Shown in pieces: positions 50,145 through 63,592 of a DNA stretch of 64,000 bases. The notes below the pieces were generated by a model that worked only from the letters and a program-made list of their open reading frames with translations, ran no database searches and was not told the DNA's origin. Origin of the DNA: Octopus sinensis (taxonomy: Eukaryota); NCBI RefSeq assembly GCF_006345805.1, contig NC_042999.1:15500001-15564000 (forward strand), in the 5' to 3' direction. The translations under genes and the position numbers were made by a program. Within the stretch, counting starts at the first letter, position 1, and each line of letters opens with the position of its first letter.

Positions 50145-50561
50145 ATATATAACACAATACCATGATATATATATATATATTCAGATGAATATGGTACTTC
50201 AGTTGAGGCACCAGAATTTAGTACGGTATTATCCATACAATTTCAAAATAAGGTGATTAAAATCAAAATAAGAGACAAGGATATCCAGAGATATGCAGTA
50301 TGATTGTTTCATGCAACTCCATTCAATTGAACAATGCAATCATTTCATTACATCAATTTAAAATGTAGGGCAATCTTCAGGTGCACAAAGACATAGAATT
50401 TAGTTAAATTAGAACAGATGGACACATTAGTATAATTATACTTAAAATACTCAAGAAGTTAAGGAGATAGGCAAAGAACATGTTGTTCCTACAACAGCAT
50501 AGCCATAACTAAAATTTTCAAAAAGACACTGCCTGTCACTGATTTTTTGTTTGTTATATAT

Positions 50562-50628
<67 letters not shown>

Positions 50629-51424
50629 TGGTATTGACCAGATTATTAGAGTTTGTTATACATTGCTGGTTACAATATGCTTCACATTACTTTAGTTTTT
50701 GAATGATGCCACTCCACCGACTAGGCAAGCAGGCTGAGCCAACCCCTGCTCAGAAGACTATTCCATTACAGGGTTATCTATTTACAGCTGAGTGAACTGG
50801 AACAATGTAAAATGAAGTATTCTGCTCAAAAAATACAACATGCCATGTGGTCTGGAAATTGAACCCACGATCTAGCCTAACCACAAGCCATGCACTCTCC
50901 CCCCTCTCTCTCTCTCACACACACACAAATACACACACACATATATATATATATATACAGAGAGAGAGAGAGGTTAGTTATTTTGATTGTCTATGCCTGG
51001 TCTTCATAATTGGTAAGTTAATTCCGCATTTGGTTGCAATTCACATACACTTTCTTCTGTATCATTGGTTTTCAATAAATTTTCTAACTAATGGCTTTTT
51101 TTCTAACTAACAGTCAAGTGATGTGGTCAGACTTTTGTGAGATATCTACATGAAGACATTTAATCTCATTCCTATCTTTGATGACACTGGACAGCTCTCA
51201 CTTTATTAGTATTATTCTTTGTTCTTGTTGTTTTATTGTTCTATACTGTTATTGATATGTATTCTTAACTATTTATTAACTCTTAAAGTTCTGTTCTGCA
51301 AGTAAATGCCACAATTACCAACTCTTGGACTTGTGTAACCACAGTTCAAATAATATTGCTGTTTGGAACCAAGAAATAGGAACTAAGCAGTCTTCTATGC
51401 ATGAAGAAACTTTAATTCTTTTAG

Positions 51425-52050
51425 TTTTCTTTTACTTGTTTCAGTCATTCGACTGCAGCCATCCTGGAGCACCGCCTTTAGTCGAAACAAATCGACCACA
51501 GGACTTATTCTTTGTAAGCCTAGTACTTATGCTACCAAGCTCTTTTGCCAAACTGCTAAATTACAGGGATGTAAATACACCAACATTGGTTGTCAAGCGA
51601 TGGTGGTGGGGTGGGGAGACAAACACAGACACACAAATATATACATACACATACGTATATATATATATATATCAATATCATCATTTAATGTCCGCCATCC
51701 ATGCTAGCATGGGCTGGACGATTTTGACTGAGGGCTGGTGAACCAGATGGCTGCACCAGGCCCCAATCTTGATTTGGCAGAGTTTCTATAGCTGGATGTC
51801 CTTCCTAATGCCAACCACTCTGAGAGTGTAGTAGGTGCTTTTTATGTGCCACTGGCACAGGTGCCAGTAAGGTGACACACAATGATGGGCTTCTTTCAGT
51901 TTCCATCTGCCAGATCCACTCACAAAGCTTTGGTTGGCCCAAGGTTATAGTGGAAGATACTTGCCTAAGGTGCCATGCAGTGGGACTAAACCCGGAACCA
52001 TGTGGTTGAGAAGCAAGCTTCTAAAACCACACAGCCAAACTTGTGCCTTT
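51425..52050 (-). mobile_element. SINE family A split by a family B insertion (51675-51875) at its central microsatellite
   Basis: Tail half 51425-51670, head half 51880-52050. Confidence 0.8.
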
Positions 52051-52565
52051 AACCTGATTTTTCCCGCCAAAAGACTTCCCCTTTGTATCATGCACATTTA
52101 TTTTTTCTTGTTTATTGAGAAAATTTCTTCTGCTGTTTCTCTTCCTTCAGTTTTTGAGGCACACGAAGGACAATACCTTAAGCAGTGGGTTAGAATTTGG
52201 TGATATTATTTACTAATGAATGGTTATTATTTATTAGCGATCTAATTACAGAAATATAGTTTGGAATGGGAGAAAATAATCAGTGATAGTTCAGTGCCTT
52301 GTGTTCAGTGAGGAATTTAAATATAAGGATTTATCAATTCTGAATAGCAGTTGGGTGATCATGTAGTTAATCATTGTATTATTGCTTTTATTAGTGATGT
52401 GAGCTTAACAAAACCTTTAAACTTAGAAGCAAAGCTTGTTGAGTATATTCTACAAGTTTTTCTCAAAGAAATGTTTTGTCAGGGTGAGCAATAACACCAT
52501 AAGGCATGTACCTCAACAGGCAGTGCCACCTTCATTACATCAATGGAAGAGAGGAAAGCATTTAA

Positions 52566-52785
52566 CCCTTTAGTGTTTAAACTGGCCATATCAGGCCAAA
52601 ATTGTCTTCCTGTTTTATTCTCGAACTAGCCAGCTCTGACCTCTCCCACCTACCCTACAAAGTCATTCTAAAAATAAACAGGGACATCATCAATATCCCA
52701 GAATTACAAGATGCTGTACAATTAATTTAAAATAATGTAATTAAACAGGCTTTACATTTGACAGTTTAATCTGAATGCTAAAGGG
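52566..52785. mobile_element. piggyBac-type MITE, second family (220 bp)
   Basis: TTAA-CCCTTTAG…CTAAAGGG-TTAA; partial relative at about 25290-25480. Confidence 0.8.
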
Positions 52786-54289
52786 TTAAAATGCTTTTTC
52801 TGATGCACATCTTTTAATAAAGAGAGATTACTGAATCACAAATTCAGTTCTGAAACAGGATATTGATATCCAAGCACGTGTAATCAGTCTATCAGTATTC
52901 AACCTACCTGGGCAGGTGACAGTGTCATGAAAACTGGTAAAAATCAACCACAGATAAAAACTCCATTCAAAATATACACCAACAATCATCACAAGCTATC
53001 ACCATGTTTCATCTAAATTTATGCAATAGTTATATTTTCATAATTTTTATACTGGATTATGCGTATTTGATCAAAATCTATAGTTTCTAATAGGACTGGT
53101 TGATTTACATAGAAAAAGCTCTACAGGAATTTATGAGTTAATGTGTCTTTATTGTTATTGCAGATCTTTCTTTTATTCAATGTAGATTCCTCTACTATTT
53201 CTCGTAAGTTGTGTTTCACCTTTCTATTGTTCTCAATGTCTTCAGTTCTTGCGGTCGATATAAAAAAAAAATCATTATTGCAACTATTAATAATAATTAG
53301 TTGGACCTATGGAGATTCTACAGTTATTGACAGCTAAGATATAACAATTAATTAGTTTACATGAACTCTTCCTCCCATACAGTATAAATATGTACAGCAT
53401 TCTCTTTGGTTCCTGTTTTCTCTTGTTCTCCACTGTTGCTCTCCTTGTTTGCTCTGGTATTCATCCTCCTACTTTTCTCTTACTCATTCCCTATATTTTC
53501 TGGTTCTTTCTCTTCTTAGTTCATGCCATATAGTGCTGTGCATATTTTATAGAATCGAAAAAATTTACAAGTTCAGTTTTCATTATCTAGCAGATGACAA
53601 TTACATGCCCTAGGGCACACGAGTTAAATGATTGCAGATTTAAGAATAAATAGTTTAGTTCAATAAGGGAAATCTTCATTTCATGCTCTCACTTCTATAC
53701 CACCATCACAACACCCACAGCCAACTTCATTAATCAATAAACCTATCTTTAAACCCACCACTTTAACAATAAACTACTATGGTTCTTAAGTGTATCCAAT
53801 GTCCTTGTGTGAGTGGGAGCATGTGTGCATGCATGTCATTATATATCTCCAGCATTCCTTAATCCTCTTTACACAGAATATTTCCACCTCTTCCATCCAT
53901 GGAATACTCATCTCTTTCTCACTCTCTTTCCTGACTGAAAGCATTCTTAAGGGTTTCATGAGCATATTAGGATCATAGATAATGAAAATAATGATTAAGT
54001 GTTACAACACATTTTTAATGATATAATCCAATGATATGAACCCTATATATGAACACAGCATAATAGCAACAACACAATGGCAACAAACAAAATGATTCTC
54101 CTTCAAAATTGTCGGAGTCATCATCACAACAGTGGAATGGCAGAAACGGTAAAGAATCAAATTAAGTTACATCTCGTAACATTCGGAATTCATCAAATGG
54201 TAATTAACATTATTAACTGAAGGGGAACGACAATTGGCATCACGACAATAACATTTAAGGATGATGAGCATTTCATTTCAGTTTTCTTT

Positions 54290-54800
54290 CTTCAAAGTTC
54301 AAATTCTATCAAGGTTCAACTTGCTTTTCATCTTTCCATCCAAAGTCAAGAACAGAATCAGCTCACAGTGGAACTGATTCGCCCTTTACAGCTTTCACCC
54401 AAAATTTGCAACTTGGTGCTAACAAGAGGAATCATCATTATTCCCCTCCTCATCCTCTACCTCTTCTTCATTGTTGTTGTCTCCACCCAAGATCCATTAT
54501 GGATCATGGGTGGATCATCAGATTTGTTAGAGCAGCAGAAATGTCTTGTAGCATGCCTCGCAGCTTTTTATATTCAGCATTCAAATCCTGCTGAGGTCAC
54601 CTATGCTTTTCATCCCTTTGGGGGTTGACAGAATAAAATACTAGTCAGGAACTGGGGTCAGTGGACTCAACAAAACCCCTCCCCTGAAAATCATTGACAA
54701 AATGCTTAGCAGCATTTCTTCCAGTTTTACATACTGAGTTTAAATTCAACTGAGGCTGACTTTGTCTTTCAAAATCTTGGGGTTGATAAAATAAATTTTA
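54290..54800 (+). mobile_element. Cluster of about three old family C SINE fragments
   Basis: Repeated core gcttttcatcc...ggggttga. Confidence 0.6.
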
Positions 54801-54809
54801 TAAATAAAG

Positions 54810-55475
54810 AGGAAATGACTGAGGAAATGACTAGAGACCGAGTCCTCTGGAAGTGTGCTGTGCGCGAGAAGACCCGGCAGGACAAGTGAGTCCATAACCC
54901 GTGGCCTTCTACTTGGGATGGAGCCAGCCTACGTATGCATACCTTCCCTTCTTGGGACACAAAACTCTACTTGTGAAGACCTGTTGAGGCAAGTGAGGAT
55001 CAGAATCGAAATCGATCAATGGAAATTGCAGATGTGTTACCAGTGCCGGTGGCATGTTGAAACTCTACTTGTGAAGACCCGTTGAGGCAAGTGAGGATCA
55101 GAATGGAAATTGCAGATGTGTTACCAGTGCCGGTGGCATGTAAGAGAACCTTCCGTTTCACGACCGTTGCCAGCACCGCCCCGTTTCATGTCCGTTGCCA
55201 GCCTCGCCTGGCCCTTGTGCCGGTGGCACATAAAAAGCACCATCCGTTCGTGGCCGTTTGCCAGCTCTGTCTGGCACCTGTGCGGGTGGCACGTAAAAAG
55301 CACCCACTACACTCACGGAGTGGTTGGCGTTAGGAAGGGCATCCAGCCATAGAAACACTGCCAGATTTGACTGGGCCTGATGAAGCCTTCTGGCTTCACA
55401 GACCCCAGTAGAACCGTCCAACCCATGCTAGCATGGAAAACGGACGTTAAACGACGATGATGATGATGATGATGA
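54810..55475 (+). mobile_element. RTE LINE 3' end of a sister subfamily, with an internal ~97-bp tandem duplication
   Basis: EEMTRDRVLWKCAVREKTRQDK* followed by the same 3' UTR; 54962-55058 is repeated at 55059-55142. Confidence 0.85.
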
Positions 55476-56266
55476 AAGAGCAATTTTAAAGTGCAGAACC
55501 AGTGACATCACTAGTTGAGATTCAATGCAGATAGTAAACATTCACAATGACACACACACACACACACACACAATTATTTTATATGTTTTTCATTTGTTTT
55601 CACATAAGAAATTTTTAATATGTCTCAATATATTTTATCACACTTTTGCCTAATGCTTCATGTATGCACATGCACAGTCCCACATATGATGCACTTCACA
55701 TCGAATGAATGAGTCTTGTTAGCAAACAATGAAAAATACTGTAATTAATATTGAATACTGAAGCAAATGAACATCACTGTTAGAGTTCCCATGAAAATAC
55801 ATTTACTGGGATTGCTTAATAATGAATTTTCCCCCCTTAAACAGATTTTGAAATATTTAAACAATCAACCCAATACCCAAGGTAGTGGTGGAACTTCATC
55901 CACATATTGATTTTAACCATGAATTATAATTTTGCAGAGTAAACGTTTGTATTATCATTATCTATGATCTAAAATGGCTCTAAGAAGGAGCAGGAAAAGG
56001 TGTTTACCAAAATGGTAGTAGAAGTAGCATTCATAATGTAAACAAACAATAGCCCACTTTATATTTTGAAACATTAAAATTGATATAAACAAAAAGACAA
56101 TGTAAAAATTAAACTGACAAACAGAGCACACGATTACACAATGGCAAACAGTCACATAGAAATGAAAGAAAAGTATTGGAAACATTTGAATGGCAGCAGG
56201 TGGATATAGTATAAATGATATAAATAGTAATATAAATTTAATATATATATTTAATATAATATGAAT

Positions 56267-56582
56267 TGTGAAGGTGCATGGCTCAGTGGTTAGAGCGTCG
56301 AGCTTACAATCCTGAGGTTGTGAGTTCGAATCTCAGATCAAGCTGTGTGTTGTGTTCTTGAGCAAGACACTTTATTTCACATTGCTCCAGTTAACTCAGC
56401 TGTAGAAATGAGTTGCGACATCACTGGTGCCAAGCTGTATCAGCCCCTTTGCCTTTCCCTTGGATAACATCCGTGGCGTGGAGAGGGGAGGCTGGTATGC
56501 ATGAGCGACTGCAGGTCTTCCATAAACAACCTTGCCCGGACTTATGCCTGGGAGGATAACATTCTAGGTGCAATCCCACGGT
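56267..56582 (+). mobile_element. tRNA-headed CORE-type SINE (family D)
   Basis: ggctcagtggttagagcg (A box), gagttcgaatc (B box), CORE-like gtgttcttgagcaagacact; 3' part matches 5697-5915 in reverse. Confidence 0.82.
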
Positions 56583-56749
56583 CAGGATATGAGATCACCA
56601 TGTCGCGCACATATTGTTGTGATGCATGTGCCTAGTGTACCCTTATCAGACGAGTAGTCATGATGGGTATACTGGCCTTCATATATTTTACCCCAGCGTC
56701 ACTTTGATGGCATGTACTGCTCTCTCACTCAATAGTAATAATAATAATA

Positions 56750-57440
56750 ATTGTTTCAAATTTTGGCACAAGGCCAGAAGTTTTAGGGAGTGACGGTTAA
56801 TCAATTATAATGACCCCAGTACTGAACTGGTACTACATTTTATCAATCTTGAAAGGATGAAAGGCAAAGTTACCTCAGCATGATTCGAACAATTCAGAAA
56901 ATAAAGAGCCAGAAGAAATGCAGCTAAACATGTTGTTCAATGCTCTAACAATTCCGCCAGCTTGCCACCGAAACAACAACAAAAACAACAATAATAATAA
57001 TGATCTCAAATTTTTGACACAAGGCCAGCAGTTTCTGATGAAAGGGATAGTTGATTACGTAGACCCCAATACTCAACTGGTACTTATTTTATCAAACCTG
57101 AAAGGATGAAAGGCAATGTCGACCTCAGCAGAATTTGAACTCAGAACATAAAGATGAATTAAATGCTGCTCAGCATTTTGCCCAGCATGCCAACGATTCT
57201 GCAAGCTTGGCTCCTTAAATCGCATTGATGACGATAGTAGTAGTAGAATTAGTAGTGGTAGTAGTTTCTTTTAAAAAAGTGCAATGTTTAAAATTTAGGG
57301 AAGAAAAAAGGGGATTAAAGTGATCCAAGTAGTTAAGTATTTAACTAGTACTTTATTTCATGAATCCCCAAAAGATGAAAGATGAAGTAGAATGCAGTAG
57401 GATTTGAACTTAGAACTTAAAAGGACATAAATACACAAGG
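56750..57440 (-). mobile_element. Three tandem family C SINE copies, progressively degraded
   Basis: Repeated ccccagtactgaactggtac…gaaaggatgaaaggcaaagt. Confidence 0.7.
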
Positions 57441-58699
57441 TATTTTTGTTCAATATTCAACTATTACAAGTTAAAAATATTTAAAACTGCTAAACTATAT
57501 CTTTTGAAAAGATCAAATATGATAAAAGTCCCACAAAAAAAAAAAATATGAAATTATATATTTAAAAAAATTGGAAACTTTTCCAATATAAAGCCTGAAA
57601 AATTGATATTTGGAAAGCAGTAATTGAAAACACGAATTCATATATTGGGAGCATGAGGAGGGGTTGACAAATAACATAAATAAACATGTAAGAATTTATA
57701 AAATAAGGATTTACATACAGACATGAAATATAGAAATTCACAACTCCATTTTGTGCAAAATAAGAAAATGATGTTATATATCACGTCTTATACAAACTAT
57801 AATCAATGTCATGAAAATATTTCAAAAACCCCTCAAAATATAAAATAACAATTCACATCCCTAAGATTGATATAGCTGAGTTTAGATGTACATTGAAAAA
57901 TATTTAAAAAAAAAAAAATGGTGATGATGATGATGATGATGTTGGTGGTGGTGATAATGAGAGAATATAAATAACAATAGGGCAAATATGTGGATGGATG
58001 CCTTTTCATAACAGGCAATGGGAAAAGAAATATTCGCAGAAGAAAGAGAAAATGTAGATGCACTGGAAAAATTTAACAAAAGGTTTTTCCGATAGAGGAC
58101 TGCAATTGTGGTTTGAAATAAGACTCTTGAAAATATATAAAAATCTCAACAGAAATAATTATTTAGATTTTTTTTTTTATTTTTCGGAATAAAGTTGAGA
58201 AGTACCCTTGTCCTTTAAAATTGTGACAGGCATCTTAAAGAACTACAGAAAACTCAATCATATCTTGATAGTGTTGCAACAAAGTGATAGAAAAAGAAAA
58301 GAAGTAAAAAAAAAAAAAGGGAAAAAATCAAACATTTAAGAGTGAATATTTCAAGATGTTTCCTATTTCTTCTTTTATTCACCAGTTAGCCAAGCTGAAT
58401 GCGATTGTGAGAAACTACACTTGGTGACAAAAATCATTAAATTATCCTTCATAATTGTGAAACACTAATAAGACTCCCACCAAGGGAATTTCAATGTGGT
58501 TGTTAGACATAGCAGTTAAATTTCATTCAAATTCCATCCTGCCTTCTTAAAAAAAAAAAGACATACTGGATAATATAGTCTGAAGTTAACTAATGCCCGA
58601 ATAGAAAGATTAAATGATTATGACTGGATTATAGATATATTCAATGGTGAGGGTTGCAAACCTCTCATGGTGTGAGCTTAAGACCAAAGGGGTGATTTA

Positions 58700-58960
58700 G
58701 ATACAATCCACCGATCTCTACTATTGTTGCTCAATCTAGAACAGGCTTAGCTGATCACAGCCGTGATGCTAAATGCCAGACCATATCAGATGTTATATTT
58801 TGGAGACTTCTACACACGAATAAAGGATGAAGACCACTCAGCTGTGTTGATGATATTGTCAGAGATACACAACATGAAATAAAGAACATACCAAAGATAA
58901 TGGGAGACAGAGATTTCTGGATGTGGTATGACGATATGAATTGCAATTGTAGCTGCATGA
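58700..58960 (+). mobile_element. Degraded RTE-type LINE C-terminal fragment
   Basis: LADHSRDAKCQTISDVIFW...IMGDRDFW. Confidence 0.55.
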
Positions 58961-59339
58961 AAAAAATGCTCAGTTATGGCTGACTCAGGGCTAAATAACA
59001 ACAACAGACTAATACAGTTTGAAGGTTTCATATAGAAATTTAAATGGGAAAATTAATTACTGTGTTCCATACCTCACTGTTTAAAACAGAAAATTGAAAA
59101 GATTAGAAATGCAAAACTAAGAAGACTCAAGAAGCTAATAAAGTAACAAACCAAAGGGAGAATGTGACTATTGGTTTCAAATTTTGGCACAAAGCCAGCA
59201 ATTTCAGAGGGGTTGGGCAAATCGAATTGCATTGGCTCCAGTACTCAACTGGTACTTATTTTAGATCTGTAGAAAAAGCAAAGGTAGAAACTCCATAAGA
59301 TGTACCTGGTATAGGCTATGGATACGTAAGAGGTACAGC

Positions 59340-60538
59340 AATATCAAAGGAAGGTGAATTGGGAAGATAGTTTTTGTGTGTGGAAGATGCACAGGTGCAA
59401 TAAACACTGAAAATGTACAGAAAACAGATTCCATCACATACCAGGGGAAAAAACTACAAGTAGTTAATAACTTCCATTACCTAGGTGACCAAGTCAGTAG
59501 TGGGGGTGGATGTTCTGAGAGCATAACTGCTTCAATAAGAATAAGCTGCACAAAGTTCAGAGAGCTCCTACCTCTGCTGGTGACAAAGGGTCTCTCTCTC
59601 AAAGTGACAGGTAGACTGTATGATGCCTATGTGTGAACAGCCATGCTACATGGCAGTGAAACTTGAGCTATGACTGCTAAGGACTTGCAAAGGCTTAAAA
59701 GAAATGAAGCTGGCATGCTTCACTGGAAGTGCAATGCCAGTGTGCATGCATGACAGAGTGTAAGTGTTTTGAGAGAAAAGTTGGACATAAGCAGCATCAG
59801 AATTGGTGTGCAAGAGAGACGACTGCACTGGTAAGGTAATGTGATGTGTATGGATGAGGACAGCTGTGTGAAGAAGTGTCACACCCTATCAGTGGAAGAG
59901 GTAGACCCAGGAAGATATGGGATGAGGTGGTGAAGCATGACCTTCGAATGTTGGGCCTCACAGAGGCAATGACAAGCGATTGAGACCTTTGGCATGCTTG
60001 AGAAAACCTGGCAAGCCAAGTGAGATCGGCTGATGCCAGTGTTGCATAACTGGCCTGTTTAAAAGTACCCTTCAATCACTGGCGATATACTGTGCTTGTG
60101 AAGACCTGTTGAACTGAGTGAAATCATAGTCAAGGCTGATGCCAGTGCTGCATGAGTGACACCCATGCCGGTGGCACTTAAAAAGCACCATTCGAACATG
60201 GCTGATGCCGGTGTTGCCTGACTGGCACTCATACTGGTGGCATGTAGAAAGCACCATTTGATTGTAGCCAATGCCAGTACTGCCTAACTGCCACCTGTGC
60301 CAGTGGCATGTAAAAGGCACAATTCGACTGTAGCTGATGCCAGCACTGCCTTGTTGGTGCTTGTGGCGGTGGCATGTAAAAAGTACTCACTACACTCTCA
60401 GAGTGGTTGGCGTTAGGAAGGACATCCAGCTGTAGAAACCTTGCCAAATCAGGTTAGAGCCTGGTGCATCCTCCTGGTGTACCAGTTCTTAGTCAAACCA
60501 TCCAACCCATGCCAGCATGATAATAACGATGATGATGA

Positions 60539-60540
<2 letters not shown>
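59340..60540 (+). mobile_element. RTE-clade LINE 3' end (RT C-terminus, thumb region and 3' UTR)
   Basis: LQVVNNFHYLGDQVSSGGG...RELLPLL...RLYDAYV, then TAMLHGSET, VVKHDLRMLGLTEAMTSD and a stop near 60022; followed by hairpin units and the gagtggttggcgttaggaagg...(GAT)n tail. Confidence 0.88.
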
Positions 60541-60581
<41 letters not shown>

Positions 60582-60587
60582 AATAAA

Positions 60588-60947
60588 TGCAGGCATGACT
60601 GTGTGGTCAACAAATTTGCTTTGCAATCACATAGTTTCAGGTTCAGTCCCATTGCTTAACACCTTGGGCAAATGTATTCTACTAGAGCCGACCGATGCCT
60701 TGTAAGTAAATTTGGTGGATAGAAACTGTGAGAAGCCTGCCATGTATATGTGTGTGTGTGTGTGCATGCATTTGTGGTTGTCCCACTATCACTTGGCAAT
60801 CAGTGCCTGTTTGTTTATGCCCATGCAACTTAGTAATTTGGCAAAAACGGCCAATAAAATAAATATTAGGAAATATTTTATTTAACAAATCCTACAAGGT
60901 AGTGCCCCAGCATGGCCACAGTCCAATGACTGAAACAAGTAAAAGAG
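60588..60947 (+). mobile_element. SINE family A, old
   Basis: Diverged full-length homology; further partial copies at 61452-61555 (-) and 63470-63578 (+). Confidence 0.75.
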
Positions 60948-62293
60948 AAATGCTGACAAAAGAGAGTGCTCAGATTTGAATAACAGAAAAAGAAAAGGCA
61001 TTAAAACAAACGATGAAACAATATCTAAGTAGCAGAATCAAGCATAACCATGAATACAGGGCAGAATAAACGCGTTCCATAGTCAATATCCTACAGCAAA
61101 ACTTTACTAATAAATCAACCAGAAAGTAAAATGTTGCCTAGACTGCAATCTTTACTTTGAAAGCAGTTGTCTGCTTTATGGTTGCTGCTCAGGTTTAAGA
61201 AATTCTATGTAAGATAGTCTGAGAAATTCGATACGGAATATCCATTAGTCATAAAGAAACCATTAAATGGCTGTGTCAGACTTTACAAGTTGAAATACAT
61301 GTTTAAAAATGATAATGAAGATAGGTATCTATGCTGGGCAATATGCCAAGGCATGTATAATCGGAACATTCAATAAATAGTAAAAAAGACTCTCGAAACT
61401 GACTGAATTTAGCAAAAACTGAATATTCAAGGACATTCTTTACAAAAGTTTTACCTTTTAGTCATGTCATTTATTGTTCTGCAGCTATGCTGGGGCACCA
61501 CCTTGAAGGGTTTAGCCAAACAGATTGACCCCCCACCCCACCAGTACTTATTATCTATGTATACATATGTATGCCTATATACATATATATATGTGTGAGG
61601 GCACATGGCTTAGTGGTTAGCATTCATGATCTAGCAATTGTAATTTCAATTCTTAGAATGGGTGGTGCATTGTGTTTATTTCATTTCATGCTGCTCTGCA
61701 ATCACTTTGACACCTGATGTGTGGCAAACTGTGCCCTTGTTCAGAATATGTCAATTTGATGGAGAAAGTGAGCTGATGTGCAGTACAAATATTATATATA
61801 GAATGGGAGTGCTAATCTTTATTGATCACTACAATCGTTTCAACCCATCAAGCAACGAGATGTGTGAAATAGAGTTTATTTTAACAAGATGCCTCTTGAA
61901 ATCACCTGAGGAGACACATCTACACTGAGAGATACACATAAACCAGCTGTGCATATTCGACCCATGAGAGATCAATGCTAGATGAGTCAAAATGATTGTA
62001 GGGATCAATAAATATTCTCATATCTTCCATCTCTCTCATTAATTACATACCCAGTGGACACTAAACCAGTGAACGTACTTTACCAGCACACTACCAGGTG
62101 TATACTGCATCACACAATTTATTAATTACTAACTATATACAGACACACACACACATATATATGAGAGGTATTGGTATCTAGAAGATGTAAAGAGTGTTGG
62201 GTAGTGCTAAGTGCTATGGACAGACTGTAGTTAAACTCTTGGTTCAAAGGCCATATGAGTGAGGAGTCTAATGTGGGTCTTGTATTAGTATGC

Positions 62294-62346
<53 letters not shown>

Positions 62347-62349
62347 TAT

Positions 62350-63040
62350 TAGAGAGAATGAGATAACAAAGCCAAGGCTGTGAGGAGTTTTCAGGACATT
62401 TATAAGGAAATAGTCTTACAGCTGTTTCTAGGATATTATGGATATCCCTTCATCAGAGATGGTGTGAAAAGGTTAAATTGAGAAAATACTTGAGTTCGAA
62501 TTATTATGGAAAAGGAAAAGATAGGGAATATAGAGGGAAATAAGAGAATGAAAGTAGAAATAAGATATATAAAGATATTGTAGTTGCAGTTCCATTATTC
62601 TAGGGAAATGGTGTATAAAAGTGTTTAAAACGTTTCCTGTGCATGGTATGTAAGTTCCAAAAGCGGTTCATGTTTAGTCATTTCAAAGTGTGGAGCTGTG
62701 GAATCTGTGTTGCTTGTTCAAAAGGGTTTTGTGGTGTGAATGAAAATTTGAGAATGTATTGGTAGTATTTGTGGAAGGATGGAGGGAGGAGAGATATGAA
62801 TGATTGAAAGAGGAGATAGGTCAAATTGAGAACAGGAAGACAAAATGAGAGGAAGAAAGAGAGAAATAAGAAAAAAAGGGGAAAGAGTGAAAAAAAAGTG
62901 AAGGAAGTGAGAAAAGTAGTGTTAGTTTGCAGTCAAGGTAATGTGATGGGAGGATAGGAGAGGAGTAGGGGAAGGATAGGAAAAGATAGAAGGTAAGGAG
63001 TAAAAGTATGTGAGATATGTGAGTAAGGGTGATATGACAG
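62350..63040 (-). mobile_element. Degraded Penelope-like element 3' region
   Basis: Hammerhead downstream of a decayed, CT-rich minus-strand segment; ORF not reconstructable. Confidence 0.45.
62414..62459 (-). ncRNA. Near-canonical hammerhead motif in a Penelope-like remnant
   Basis: UCU-CUGAUGA-A-GGGAUAU-CCAUA-AUAUCCU-A-GAA-ACAGCUGU-A-AGA; core intact, palindromic stem III, extra A on each side of stem II. Confidence 0.7.
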
Positions 63041-63049
63041 AGCTGTGTA

Positions 63050-63099
<50 letters not shown>

Positions 63100-63100
<1 letters not shown>

Positions 63101-63310
63101 CATCATCATCATTTAGCGTCCGTTTTCCATGCTAGCATGGGTTGGACGGTTCAACTGGGGTCTGGCAAGCCCGAAGGCTGCACCAGGCCAGTCAGATCTG
63201 GCAGTGTTTCTACAGCTGGATGCCCTTCCTAACGCCAACCACTCCGAGAGTGTAGTGGGTGATTTTATGTGCCACCGACACAGGTGCCAGACGAGGCTGG
63301 CAGACGGCCA
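63100..63310 (-). mobile_element. RTE 3'-tail element, same young subfamily as 26035-26792
   Basis: Carries the same unit variant gccagcctcgtctggcacctgtgtcggtggcacataaaatcaccc. Confidence 0.85.
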
Positions 63311-63592
63311 TATATATATATATATGCATGCATACATATGTACATACATACATGTGTCATTGTCATCCCCATTCCTCATCATTTAACATTTGCTTTCCAT
63401 ACTGGCATGGGCTTGGTGATTCAACAGGATCTCAGAAGCCATAAGATTACATTGGGCTTGTGTGTTTGTGTTTGTTCCCCCACTCAACACACAACAGCTG
63501 GTTTTTGTTCATCTATATCCCCAGAACTTAGCAGCTCACCAAAAGAGGCTGATAGAATATGTACCAAACTTAAAATAAATAAATATATAGAC

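Noticed and set aside
52909-52990. Candidate upstream exon (MIVGVYFEWSFYLWLIFTSFHDTVTCP G|gtaggt), phase-compatible with the 29177 exon
   Set aside because: Spacing and residues fit the expected first beta-strand and loop poorly, and no clear acceptor or promoter is present; probably chance.
55376-55405. CTGATGA followed by a small hairpin (possible hammerhead)
   Set aside because: No GAAA; it is a mutated family B sequence (ctggtgcagcc). Similar partial hits at 40277 and 46330 also lack a complete core or stems.
56267-56345. tRNA gene-like sequences at SINE heads
   Set aside because: A and B boxes continue into CORE or V domains, and acceptor stems are not intact; these are SINE heads, not tRNA genes.
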